A DNA stretch of 64,000 bases from Octopus sinensis (GCF_006345805.1 NC_043008.1:27156001-27220000); one strand, 5' to 3'. Positions 26,712-40,037 are shown, numbered from the stretch's first letter. The notes: a model not told the origin generated them from the sequence alone. Program-made: numbers and translations.

Positions 26712-29700
26712 TTATTGTCTTCAGCCCATCTGTAAATTGAGTCCAACTTCTGCTGCAGGTGTGCAACATTACTAGGGTTTTGTATTTTCTGCAAGACTTT
26801 CGTATCGTCTGCGTAGCTGGGAAGGGTTTCTACCCGGGCAGCTGAGGTCATATCTGAGAGGGTCAGTATGAAAAGCAGTGGTCCCAAACCCTGTAGAACA
26901 CCTCTCACAATATGTGTCTTCTTTGAGGTAGCCCCATTGGCCACCACTTCCTAACTTCTATATTTCAGAAAGTCATCTAACCACTCTCCAAGTTTTCCAG
27001 TCATGCCGAGATCACGCAGTTTGTGGCATATCTTACCATGATCCGCTTTATCAAAAGCTTTTGCATAGTCAAGATATATATTACATCCACATTTGAGTTG
27101 TTGAACAACTGCCTCAACACCCAGTCATAGTGTTGTAGGAGATGGGTCAGGCAGCTCCTTACCTAACCGAAGATCATGCTGGGTATCACTCAGCAAGTCG
27201 TTTTCTTCAAGGAATGCGCAACACACATAAACACATGAAAGACGCATAGACAACGATAACTTTCGCCCACAAACATACATGACTTTGCTGATGTGTGAAG
27301 TCAGAGATATAGGGCTATAATGTTTGGCAATCTGCTCTGCTTCCTCCTTTATGAATTGGGCATATTATTCCCTCTTTCAGTTTGCTTGGCACCCTGTCAT
27401 TTGCAAGAAATCTCTGAAGATAATATGTAGGGGTTTCGCCAGTGCACGCATACACGATTTAAGGAGGGTTGTTGGGAAACCATCAGGGCCAGCATTTGAG
27501 TTTGCCTCATCTATGGCTAGTGTTATATCTTTTTCACCAATGTCGATGTAATCCATCGTAACTGCCTCGTTTGTTATGGGTGAGGCGGTAAAGAAATCCA
27601 CTGACTCGTTCACTTGTCTGTGTGTTGCAACGAAGTGGTAAAGACACTTTTGAACGGGTCATTCAGTACTTCACTGATCCTGGTTGGGATATCTGTGAGG
27701 GAAGCATCGTTTTGGAAGAGGGGTCCTTTTTTCAGCGCACTGAGGCTGGTTCTTTGGCATAATTGTGTGCGACTTGATGTTTTTATAACCCAGGCATCTT
27801 TGTCTGCTCTCTCCTTCGTATATGATTATTGCATGCTTTTTTCAATATCCATCAGTGTTTTTTAGGCGGGACCTTTCACTACTTTTGAGATGTTGGTTGA
27901 AGTGATTTACAACCTTCGTCCGTCGTCTCATGAGGATCATTCTTTCTCTTGGAATCTTGTTTCTTTTTGTGTTGGCGTTGTGCTCTGGGACATTTTTCTG
28001 GCAAATGGTTTCCATAACAGTCATGAAAAATTCTAGTTTCTTTCCAATGTCTGGTGTGGAGAGGCATTTCAGCCAGTTGTGACTGAGGATCTCTTTTTGG
28101 ATCGATTTCAGCCTGCTTTGTGGAAGTTCAGATAGGAGAGATTTTGGGTGCTTTCTTTAGGTTGTATGTCTCTAGTTACTTTTGGTCCATACATAGACAG
28201 CTCTATTATGTTGTGATCCTGACCTAACGTAGGCGTCACGTTCACATTATGAACGAAGTCCATATTGTTTTTGAATCAGAGATCCAATATGTTGGTCTGA
28301 GCACAAAATAGTGCATTGGTGATGTTGAGCAGGGTCTCTATCTCTACTTGTTTGCAATGAGTCCTTTCTGAGAGCATAAGGCCTTCGGGCCATTTGACAT
28401 TGGGGAAGTTGAAATCACCCTTAGGAAACCCGATCTCGTGATGTTCCAACTTCATGAGGATTACTTTTTTATTCTTATGAGGCAATCTCCAAACTTGCCT
28501 ATTGGTTTGGAACATCCGGTGGGCGATATGTATTGCATATGACTATATTGTGCTGCCTTAAGTATACAGCAAGAGTGTCACATACTGAATTTGAGTATGA
28601 CAGTAGGAACTGGGGTGCAAGGTTGTATACAGCAACTCCAGCATGGCTCCTTTTCCTTCTGTCTGTTCGCAATTAAGTATATTTTGGTACGTGTATTTCT
28701 CTATCCTTTATATCATGCTTCAGATGAGTTTCCAGTCATGCAGCAAGTTCTCTCAGGAAGAAGATCTTGCCTTTGTTGTTGTGATGCATCAGGTCTCCAA
28801 TATTTTGTAAAAACATTGGCGTGACGACTGTGCATGCGTCAGGGAAGCCATCCTGTATCTGTTGATTGTAGTGGTCTTGCGCAGTGGTGGGAAAGATTCC
28901 GTGTTTGTGCAAGGTGTAGTCAGGTAAGTAGCTGCACAATCTTTTGCACCATGCACAAAAATGACTCTTGCTAAGCTGCTGCTCTGCACATAACAACTGT
29001 AGAGCTCACTGTATTTGCATACTTTCTCTTTGGAGACGATTGGTGCTTTTCCCCAGGGAAGTATTTCCCCTTAAGGCCCCTGCAGCTTTTGCGGGGTCTC
29101 GGGTGATCAAACCGGTAGGTTGTACCGCCTTTCCCATACCAACATTTGCCTTGCAGGTAAAATTTGCATGCCATCGCCTTCACTCAAATTTTTTCTCTCC
29201 TCTAGAGTTTTGGATTCCATTGGAGACTCCAGATTTGAGATATTCTTTTATTTCTTGTTTGGTGGTTTGAGGTTTTGTTTACGTTTTAGTTGTTTCATCT
29301 TTTCCTATTCCTTTTTGTCCTCTTCTTTCCTTATCTTCGAGTTCGTGGTCTTTCATTCCTTTACTAGTGATAGCCTTTGCATTCCTCCGGTTGTTTATAG
29401 GCGTGAGGGCTCCATTATTTTGTGGGACAACTGGCATAGAGGGACTTCTGGTTCTGGCTTCATCTTTCCTATACTTATTAGCCTTGCCACTGTTATTTTT
29501 CATGATGTCAATGTGTGGTGTAACAAGGGCATAGGATCGGATAAATTCATTTTTCTTCCGTTCTATCTGCTCAATGTTTCTACGAAAACCATTGTTCTTC
29601 AGTGCAGCAGTAATTATGCTCTTTGGAGGATAGCCGGAAGCAATTAATTGTCCACGCTTGCAACAGTAGCTTCATTTCTTTGCTCTCCCACTTTGGCACC
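26712..29700 (-). mobile_element. CR1/L2-group LINE, near full-length but degraded (ORF1 zinc fingers, AP endonuclease, RT)
   Basis: RT motifs YLDYAKAFDK, RGVLQGLGPLLFI, YADDTK and HYSPISLTSHISKV; APE motif GDFNFP (~28410); CCCH-like CKFYLQGKCWYG...DHP (ORF 28971-29183). Confidence 0.85.
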
Positions 29701-29719
29701 ATGTTAGTTCTTTAAGCCC

Positions 29720-30420
29720 AGAGGGGATGAGAGGATAGAGAAGTAGAGAGAGGAACAGAAGGAGGTAGAGAGGAAGATATAAAAGAAAGAGCAAAAGGGT
29801 ATGAAGTGATAGGGAACGGGAAAGAGAGGATCATATGAAGGAAAGAGAAAGGGCGTATGGAGCGATAGGGGGGTTGAGGGTGGGAGAGGAAGGGGAAGAG
29901 AAGGAGAAAGATAGACTGAGGGAGGGATTAAAAAATAAAGAATATATACGGGAAAGGGAACGACAGAATGAAGGGGAGAGAAGAGAAAACTAGAAATATA
30001 TGAGGGAGAGAGAGCCGGAAAATAGAGGAAGATATAAAAGGGAGGGTGAGATAGGGGAAGGAGCAGAGAAAAGAGAAATGAAAGAGAGGAGGAACAGGTA
30101 AAGAAGATATGAAGGAAAGAGAAAACAGATGTTATGGAACGAGAAAGACCGCTGTGACTGAGACATACGAAATACGATAGCGAGAAGAAAGAAAGAGAGA
30201 AAGATGAGCGGGAAAGAGAAAGAGGAAAGAGAAAGATATGAAAGAGTGAGGTAGGGAGAGAAAAGAGTGAGGAAAAAGGAGGAAGATATGAAGGAGAGAA
30301 AGGAAGAGTAGGTAACGAAAATATGACAGAATGACAAAAACACAGGGTGTGAAACGAAAAGGGTGAGTTAGCGAGAAGATACATGGAAAAGGATGGTGAG
30401 AAAAAAGAAGAGGTTTCGTG
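29720..30420. repeat. ~700-bp purine-rich (G/A) low-complexity tract
   Basis: The plus strand is dominated by G and A, with recurring GAAGATATGAAGGAAAGAGAAA-like units. Confidence 0.9.
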
Positions 30421-30913
30421 ACGAATTTGCTGCCTGAAAATTTTTCAAACACAGGATTGGAAACAGGCAGTACCTCCCGAACTCAAATTTTCATTTGGTA
30501 ATATCATAAAGAAAAAAAAAGAGGAAACAAAATAAACAAAATGAATAGGATGCTTATTCCCAATAGGTAAAAGTTACAATCGTTGTTCTTGTACGAAGCA
30601 GTTTTGTTTCAAAGAAAGATCTTTTTCTTTTACACATGGCCACTTATTGACAGTACAATTTTTCACCACGTGGTTTCTTCTACTATAACTCTAGCTTGCA
30701 TCGCTGACTTTAATATAATATATTAAGCTTCTTTTATGAATATATTATAGTAGACCGTTAAGAAATAACAAGTACTACATTTTCTTCAAATCAGTTTTGG
30801 TAGGATTTTCGGTTGATTTAGAGAATCCCACTTGGTTATTTTAGGAGCACGAAAAAAAAAACACATCCTCCACAACCGAAACGGAATTATATTGGTATAG
30901 AAATATGTTTATA

Positions 30914-30987
<74 letters not shown>

Positions 30988-31400
30988 ATATGTACATATT
31001 TATATATATAAATACATAAATACATACATACATACATGCATGCATGCATACATACACACATGCATAATACATACATACAAACATACATACATACATAATA
31101 CAAATATATATATGCATAAGGAATGAGCGAAACGGAAAATGGTGGCAGGAAGAATCTTATTCAACACAACGATCATTGCAACCCACCCTGCATTTGTCTC
31201 TTGCGGATGGGATTGTGTACAGCGATCTGTGTTGCATCCACCAGTGCAGAATGCATCTCCTATGGTGTCTCGTTTTAAATAAGATACTTGGCTAAATATA
31301 TTCGGTTTCGCTTGGGGTATTGTGGTCGCCAGTTGGTTGTTATACACACACACATCCACATACACATATATACAGATACACGCAACTCTCTCTCTCCTGC

Positions 31401-31456
<56 letters not shown>

Positions 31457-31808
31457 GATATATATTTACACACACACACACACACTCGTACGCACACACA
31501 CATACGCACACACATTAAAACAGAGATGGAAGAAGCAAGACATATGGTATCATTTCAGATCATTTAATCTATAATTGAGACATAGTGGATCTTTTATCAT
31601 GGATACCTCAACAATGGATCTGCTCAGTTAGCACTATCTGTTATTACAAATCTCCTTAATCCTTTGATCATAGATCTACCAATCAATCTCGTCTTTTACT
31701 TTGAACACTCATTAGTCCGTCAATGAACCGGTCACTTATAATAACCCGAATTAAGGATATTCCTTATTTCTCTCAATCTCTATCTTTCTCACTTACTCTC
31801 TCTCTTTA

Positions 31809-31839
<31 letters not shown>

Positions 31840-32314
31840 AGCTCACGTTGAAATGTTTACTCAATAATGTAAGATCAACATGTTTAGCAGTTCTGAAATT
31901 GCTGTAAGAGATTTTATCTATGTACTCCATATTATGTTTAAATTATAAATTAAATGCTCTAAAGAGATACCATGTGTTTAGTTTGTTCATTCTCTGTTTC
32001 TAATATATATCTACCCACTCAAGATCGAACGACTTCTAGCCTTAAGCAGGTTCAACAATATCTTTCTGAGATGAACTTCAAACCGGAGTTTTAGTGTTAA
32101 ACCAAACTGGGCTCTTACAGTGATACCTATTACTCTCTCTCGCCCCCTCTCTTTCTATGTGTGTGTATGTGTATGTGTGTGTATGTGTGTGTGTGTGTGT
32201 GTATACAAGCGAAGCACTATATACTGTTTGTGTAGCGATTACGGATTAGATATTTTTATTCGCTCGAAGATTTATTTTTGAGTACATTATTCTGTGACAT
32301 ATATATCCATTTTT

Positions 32315-32950
32315 ATGAAATACAAAAAAAACCCGCCAAAAACAAAGAAATATGGTATCGATATTTGAGGGTAAAATTCAAGAGATCAACGGAGAAAAAT
32401 GAATGCAAATACCGTAAGAACGAATAATACTGTCCTTTCAACATGCCTGCACGTTCCAACTTTGTTGCCAATAGCACCTTAACGTCAACACATAAAATAA
32501 AAACACGACGAGTATAAAAATATGTCCGCAGGCTCCCCAAGGCCGCCTGTTATAAAGAAAAAGAAATCATTTCATCGTCGGAAGAATTGATAAGTGCGAC
32601 AAAATACTTACGAGGTCGGCACGAAATATTGTTTGAAACATAGTGGAATCCATCCACCAAGAAATCAACCTCAAAAATGTTGTATACGGTACTTTGGCAA
32701 TAAAATGAAGGGAAAAGAAGCAGGCACATTGATAGCAAATAGAAAACTGTCTCAGAAAAATTTGGGGCACAAAATATATGTGAGCAGAAGGGAAAGAACG
32801 ACATAGCAGAGATGAAAAAAAGGTCAAAAAGCTATCCACATCTACCATAAGAAGTGCTGAACATATTCGCATACCAAACAACTATCTTGTATATGAGGTA
32901 GTAAAAAGATCGGTGTTGACGTTGCCCTAAGAGTAAACGTCTGCTCGTTA
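32315..32950 (+). mobile_element. Probable degraded piggyBac-family transposase remnant
   Basis: Motifs in the expected order across broken frames: KxPxxxKKYGI (~32320-32365), AGTLIANRK (~32720-32745; cf. GTxRxNRK), LSTS, and Y...IGVDVA (~32890-32925; cf. YNxxMGGVD). Confidence 0.45.
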
Positions 32951-33341
32951 GGAACAGCTTTTGACTGAAAGAGGATAAAACTATTTTTCTGTCCAGAGGC
33001 TGCAGGGACAAAATTGATCAGGCGAAGCTGTTATTCCAAATGGTTCGTGAAAGCATGAAATCCATCCCGACGCTACTCATTCTGCCAGACGGCACGAAAC
33101 TATAGATGCCCGCTGAGGGCACACGGCTGCGGCGTCACTTGAGTGGTGGAAAATCACCTCAAGGCATTCTCACAGCGCAAAAATGGAGAAATGGAAGACC
33201 GGCATTTCTACTGAAATATTCACTCCCACCACTGCAGTCACACCACCAGCAATGGCTGTAAGTAGCTACAACAGTAAAAGCAGCATTAATGACATGAACA
33301 ATGGAGGCAACAGTAATCAACACTGTAGCAACAGCAACAGC

Positions 33342-33635
33342 GTGGAGGCGCAATGGCCCAAAGGTTAGGGCAGCGGACTCGCGGTCGGAAGATCGCGATT
33401 TCGATTCCCAGACAAAGCGTTGTACGTGTTTATTGAGCGAAAACACTTAAAGCTCAACGATGCTCCGGCAGGGGTGGTGGTGACACTTGTTTTACTCTTT
33501 CGTTCCAACTTTCTCTCACTCTTTCTTCCTGTTTCTTATCCACGACTTTCTACGCAACCGCTGAGCCTGGATGCGCATTCATCCACCCGTCGATGCTCTC
33601 GGTGTCGGGGGTTGACCTGCTTTCTCTTCTGCGGG
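33342..33635 (+). mobile_element. tRNA-derived SINE (family E)
   Basis: Head GTGGAGGCGCAATGGCCCAaaGGTTAGGGCAGCGGACTC...TTCGATTCC; second copy at 42381. Confidence 0.7.
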
Positions 33636-33713
33636 TATAGATGTATATGTATACATGTATGTGTAGATGTATATATATATAGATGCACATGTAATATGTA
33701 CACATATATATAC

Positions 33714-33744
<31 letters not shown>

Positions 33745-33802
33745 CATGCATACATATATACACCCATACGCACATACACACACACACAGACATACATACA
33801 TA

Positions 33803-34189
33803 GGTGCAGGTGTGGCTGTGTGGTAACAAACTTGATTCCAAAACACATGGTCCTCAATTCAGTCCCACTGTGTGGTAACTTGGCATGTCTTCTGCTATAG
33901 CCTCAGACCAACCAAATCATTGTCAGTCGAATTTGTAGACAGAAACTGAAAGAAATCAATTGTATATATATGTATGTATATGTGTGCGTCTTTGTGTTTC
34001 TCCGTTATCACTCATTCACAGCTGGTGTTCATTTATTTACATCCCCAAAACTTATGGTTTCACAAGAAGAAACTGATAGGATAAGTACCAGGATTATCAA
34101 AATAAAAAAGCACTAGGCAGTGTCTCATATTTTTTTGCCCACTCAGTTGTATCTATCAATTTATTTTTGTGTGTGTGTGTGTGTACATA

Positions 34190-34256
<67 letters not shown>

Positions 34257-34505
34257 AATTTCGTAGACAGGAACTGAAACAAATCAATCGTATACGTATG
34301 TATATATGTAAGTGTATGTGTGTGTCTTTGTCTCCGTGCTTCGCCCTCACCACTACTTCACAACTGCTGTTCATTTTTTTACATCCCCATAACTTACTGG
34401 TTTCACAAGAACAAACTAATAGAATAAGTACCAGGCTTATCAACATAAAAAAATCATTAGGCTGTGTCTCATAATTTTGTTTGCCCACTCAGTTATATCT
34501 ATCAA
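33803..34505 (+). mobile_element. Family A SINE followed by a tandem duplicate of its 3' half
   Basis: The segment GTAGACAG.AACTGAAA...GCCCACTCAGTT.TATCTATC occurs at ~33936-34160 and again at ~34263-34505. Confidence 0.75.
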
Positions 34506-34544
34506 TTTATCTTTGCATGTGTGTGTGTGTATGTTTATATTTAT

Positions 34545-34854
<310 letters not shown>

Positions 34855-36130
34855 CGCACTTATGAGGGCCTTAACTCCCAAATTTTAGTCATTTCTTTTA
34901 TGATCCAAAACTAGGTAAAAGTACTGAATGGATCTTAATGAAATTGGAAATTATATTCTATGCATAAGGGCCATAACCCCATGACAATTCATATATTTTT
35001 GCTGTTGATGCAATTTTAACCATATATATTAGACACAAATGAAGTAATATTTATATAATTTCATTTTCTCACAAGTTACAAAGACCCCTCCATGGGGACG
35101 TAATACCCACAATTTTGTCATTTTATCTAAGCAAAACGAATACAGTTGTGCTCTTGGAAGCTGTAAGTTTACCCGTGCATAAAAAATGAGCATTATTTGT
35201 AATTCAATGATACAACAGTGTAACAGTTTGCTTTGACATACACTTACATTGTGATTGCTGTAATGTGGTGCATAACTTGTCAAGTAAATGTGAGGCATCT
35301 TTGCCTCCACTGATTCAGTTGCAAAGTGTTGAGTAAAGTTATTTGATTGCAGACCTTTCAGTCTTTTTATTATCACTGGGTCACACAATCCCCAGTTGGT
35401 AACATTGATTTGAAGGCTTTCCCAGATGAGTGACTGGTTATTCAAAGACATTTATAGATTGTAAATTTATTCTGTCTAGTTACGTATCAGTATAGTAGAC
35501 ATTTGCAAACTCCAGACGTGACACTTTCATTTCTCATTAACCCTCACGTCACACAGTTGTTAATGTTTATTTCAGTTGCGTCACGCCCTTCCAATTGCTA
35601 TAGCTTCGTAATGCATCTTATGGCTGTGCCTGTCACCTGGATGGTGAGGAATCCTACATTGGGAGTGGTAACGACTAGGGTAGAGTAGCTGACTGCTTAT
35701 TGTGATCATTCGTCTTTTGGTTTCCGGTAGCTTTGCTCTCTTTTACAAACCCAGTGAACATATATTTCCTATTTCAAAGAAATTCAAACAATAGATATAA
35801 GACCCAAGTTAAAAAGATTCTCAAGAATTCAACTTCTCTAGTTGACATTAAGATGCCCACCCCCAACAGGGGCCTTAACTCTCACATTTTAGAGCTCCAT
35901 GACCTTTTTCAGGAACAAAATCTTTTTAACAGGTTCAATAAGACTGGAATTTTGGAATATGCACATAAAAATCAGTAGTATGGGATACATGTAGCACGAT
36001 TACAATTTTGTTAAGGTGTGTAAAGAAGGAAATAACCCTCATCTATAATTTTGATGAATTTCGAAACATATATATTCCAGTACATTAGAGAAAATAGAAA
36101 CAGAAATGTCTAATTCTTCAATTGTATGTA

Positions 36131-36160
36131 ACACGTGCAACGCCGGGTATCTCTGCTAGT
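36131..36160 (+). mobile_element. Helitron-like 3' terminus (hairpin + CTAG|T)
   Basis: ACACGTGCAACGCCGGGTATCTCTGCTAGT closely resembles 57386-57414, which follows a Helitron helicase remnant. Confidence 0.45.
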
Positions 36161-37309
36161 ATTCAATATTTTCTTATTTTTACATTATTTGTCATTGCAA
36201 ATTGTGAACTACAGTTGTTTTCACTGTCCTTCTAACAGCGAAATAACAAGAGAGTAACAACGTAGTGCAACACATATACATAGATATAAGAATGCTAGAA
36301 TGTTGCACATTGTAACAACAAATGATATAGAATAATAGGATTTCTCTTACAAAAAAGTCCATCCTTAAAAGGCTTGGAGTATTGGAGAAAATATTTACAT
36401 CTTGATGCATGCATAAATCTTCTGCATACTCAGAAACTGTTGGATAATTTATAATTATGACATAAAAGTGTTAAATTAGAAAACATTTTGAATCTCGTGC
36501 ATATCATTATGTTAATCATAAACATATTTTCTTACGATATTTTATAGAAGCGCCAAATGTATTGATATTTTACAAACAAGAAATAGATTTTGAACGCAGT
36601 AAAGCTGTGAAAACAGCAGAAAAAAATCAGTATTTACCATTATGAGACGGCATTCTTTCATCATTTCATTATTTGTAAACTAGTCAAACATTTAACTAAT
36701 CGATAATTTGTATGATTAAGCGTTAGGACATTCAATCAAGCAGCTAGGTTCGTTAAATTTTTTCCTTGCAATACACAACCTCGTCAATGACATGCTCCCA
36801 TCGTATAATAGGCCTTCCGAGATGCTGCATGTTTTTACTGATTAAGTTTCTTGCAAATCAATTCCAAAAACGAAAGCACCATATTATGAATTATATAAAT
36901 TCAACGTTTCTTTAAAATCAGTCTCCTCAGATAATTCAGAGGTGTGATGCTATATTTCAAAAATGTATTTCACAAACTGCTACACTTATATGCTACTCTC
37001 GTTACTTTATACCAATATCAATACAACTAATTAAAAATGGAAATGTTTCGTCCACTCATACAACTGTATTAAAATATACTTAATAAGATGTACTTATTTT
37101 TTATTCATTTATTCTGTGTGTATACCTCAATGAAGTAATGCCTTCCAGACAGATCAAAAGTCAGTCTTACTGAAGTTTATAGAATTTCTTCTCAATTATT
37201 ATCTCTTTCTCTCAACGTATATATGTGTGTGTGTGTCTGATAATGTATGTATATATGCGTATATATATATATATATAATATATATATATATAATATATAT
37301 ATATATATA

Positions 37310-38143
37310 TCACAATCAAGGAATGGCCATAATAGGCCATTCACCCACTAGAAATAACAGCCAAAGCTTCAACCGCAAAATAACATTAATTCCGCAAACC
37401 AGGAGAAAATTAAAAAAACATTTACCCTGTAATTTCTTATACGATGCACCGTTTCATCTATTGTTTAATGGTAAACTAACCTGATTAAATTAAATCAAGC
37501 CAATCTTCCATAGGCCGATAGATTCGTCAGTAAGAAACAGCCAGATCCGAGCAGATATTATCACGAGGCACCTCTACCCCTGCCTCGGCAATATCTGACC
37601 TAAAATTTTCAAATCATTGCACTCGCGCCAAATTTATCGGCAGCAAATATAAGCCGCCGATTCCATTACGGAATTAACCAGAAAATTCATAATTAATCAA
37701 TATAGGGTGCCAAAAAATTTCGTAGAATTTATTTGCCACCAGCGGCCTAGTGGGAAAAAATTAAATAGTCATAGACCATTTATAAGTTCAACATCACAAT
37801 CAAGGAATGGCCATAATAGGCCATTCACCCACTAGAAATAACAGCCAAAGCTTCAACCGCAAAATAACATTAATTCCGCAAACCAGGAGAAAATTAAAAA
37901 AATTAAAAATTTACAGGGTAAATGTTTTTTTAATTTTCTCCAGGTTTGCGGAATTAATGTTATTTTGCGGTTGAAGCTTTGGCTGTTATTTCTAGTGGGT
38001 GAATGGCCTATTATGACCATTCCTTGATTGTGATGTTGAACTTATAAATGGTCTATGACTATTTAATTTTTTCCCACTAGGCCGCTGGTGGCAAATAAAT
38101 TCTACGAAATTTTTTGCCACCCTATATTGATTAATTATGAATT
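37310..38143 (-). mobile_element. Non-autonomous HHR retroelement (retrozyme/PLE pLTR-like): 484-nt unit plus partial tandem copy plus ~230-bp inverted arm, inside (TA)n
   Basis: 37310-37418 repeats at 37794-37902 (period 484). 37911-38143 is the reverse complement of the 37684-37794 segment plus the repeated segment, with about 3 mismatches. (TA)n lies on both sides and there is no long ORF. Confidence 0.85.
37433..37537 (-). ncRNA. Type I hammerhead ribozyme, fully canonical, with an extended branched stem II
   Basis: UUUCUUA-CUGACGA-AUCUAU[56 nt]AUAGAU-GAAAC-GGUGCAUC-GU-A-UAAGAAA. Stem I is a perfect 7 bp, stem II a perfect 6 bp, stem III near-palindromic. Predicted GUA cleavage is between 37440 and 37439. 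Confidence 0.92.
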
Positions 38144-38153
38144 GATTAAATAT

Positions 38154-38216
<63 letters not shown>

Positions 38217-38476
38217 ATGTATGTACATATATATATGTATGTATATATATATAAACATATATATGAATATATGTATGTGTAAATTCTAAGTTTTCTGAAT
38301 TCAATGTGTTTAAATAAATGATGGTATGGCAAGTCATGTTAAAGCAAAATTGGTTATAGTGACATTTGACACTTAATCATATTTATAAATTATTCAGTAA
38401 TAACACTAGCGCATACATCATATTGGTTACAGTTACTTAAGTATTTGATATTTAATGAAATATCAGCAAGATAGTA

Positions 38477-38529
<53 letters not shown>

Positions 38530-38535
38530 ATATAT

Positions 38536-38567
<32 letters not shown>

Positions 38568-39444
38568 AATATATATATATTATATATATATATATATTGG
38601 CAGAGACAGTATTAACAAGCTTACTGGCTAATCGTGACACCAGCCCCTGTTCAGGCATTGTTTTCCTATATATCTCTGGCTTGGAGAGGAATCGCTGCTA
38701 TCTCTAGCGATCAAGTGCCCATCATTGACGAAACCAAGGCGAGTCGAAATCACGTTATCTAGAGGTCTCGTTGCTAATGATAGAGGGTGGTTTATCACCC
38801 CGATAGCGATACAAACAAGTGAATATTTTGCACCAAAATCGAGTATGTGAGTTTCTCTCATAGTATCTAATGCAGTACTGTTTGTTCCAGCGGAACATAT
38901 ACGTTTAAGTAGGCATAAAAAATAATATACTATTGAAAGAAGTAGCTGCATTTTAACATTGACTAGGAAAGTATTGGCTTGCAAAGCGGCATGCAATTCC
39001 CAGTTACATGTTGTGATTACTGGGGAAAAACCGCTCTTACTCATCTAACGCCTCAGAAACATGGGTTACTACAGTTTCAGCAAACTCTCGATAATCAGTT
39101 TACGTATAGGGAAAGGTACGATAAAATGGTCAACATAACTCTACGAGGGTCGAAGAAGGCCTAGGATTCTCAGCTGATCGATGATAATCTAGAGGATCTA
39201 TAGCGTTCTACTCTCTAAAAGGTGTAATTTTAACGTTTAACCTGGAAGGATGCAGCAGAATATATTTCTTCCAGTATTTAAGCATGGTAGTCGGTCATTT
39301 TTTGCTGTACTGCAAAGTTACAGCGACATAAACAAACCAAACTTGGTTGTCACGTGGTGGTTAAAGGTAAACACAAATAGCTCCCCATATACATACATAT
39401 ATACATACACATATACGTATATGCATGCGCACACGTATTTGAGT

Positions 39445-39950
39445 ATTGCCATCACCTGATCGAATGTCCCACCACTTGTCTTTTATCTGTCACAGCTTAG
39501 TTTGCATGTTTTTGAAGTGGTCGTGCTTGACTTGGGTGTCTTTGTCGTTGATCCAGTCTGTGAAGGCTTCTTTCTTCTCCTGGAGGAGTGTGGTGATCTC
39601 CTTGTTGTCAAACCAGTCTTGGTGTTGCTGTTTAGTATGGCCAAGGTTAAGGCTGGCAGAGTCATACACTGCATCCCGAAAGTTGGCCCAGGCCTTCTCA
39701 AGGTTTTCTTCTGCAGGCAAATGTTCAAGCTGGTTCGCAAGGTTGGCAATGAGGGTCTCTTTTGTTTTTGGTTCATAGAGTTTCTGGACGTCTAGTTTCT
39801 TTTTAACAGCAGCTTTCCGGTTTCTGTGTCTGCTGACGATGGAAAACGACTGTCTGCATCTCAACAGCAGGTGATCTGTCCAGCAGTCAGCTCCCCTCAT
39901 TGCCCTAGTGATGCAAACATCCTGGATGTTACAGCACCTGAATTCTCTCA
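39445..39950 (-). mobile_element. RTE (BovB-like) LINE fragment, end of APE domain and linker
   Basis: ORF 39490-39975 contains DVCITRAMRGADCWTDHLLL and QHQDWFDN, typical of RTE-BovB ORFs. Confidence 0.85.
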
Positions 39951-39962
39951 ATAATTGCCCAC

Positions 39963-40037
39963 GGGCATATGCCATAGTGGTTAAGAGCGCGGGTTACTAA
40001 CCCCAAGATACCGAGTTCGATTAGAGGTAGTGACCTC
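39963..40037 (+). mobile_element. tRNA-derived SINE head fragment
   Basis: CCATAGTGGTTAAGAGCGCGGG-TTACTAA-CCCCAAGATACCGAGTTCGATT: A/B boxes and an anticodon-like arm, but no acceptor stem. Confidence 0.55.

Noticed and set aside
36045-36075. TTGATGA-ATTTC-GAAAC
   Set aside because: The spacer is too short for stem II and C3 is absent.
39157-39203. Cluster of 6-bp palindromes (AGGCCT, CCTAGG, CAGCTG, ATCGAT, TCTAGA) resembling a polylinker
   Set aside because: No flanking vector sequence is evident; treated as chance.
39963-40037. Possible tRNA gene
   Set aside because: No acceptor stem and a degenerate T arm; interpreted as a SINE head. The same applies to the other tRNA-like heads.
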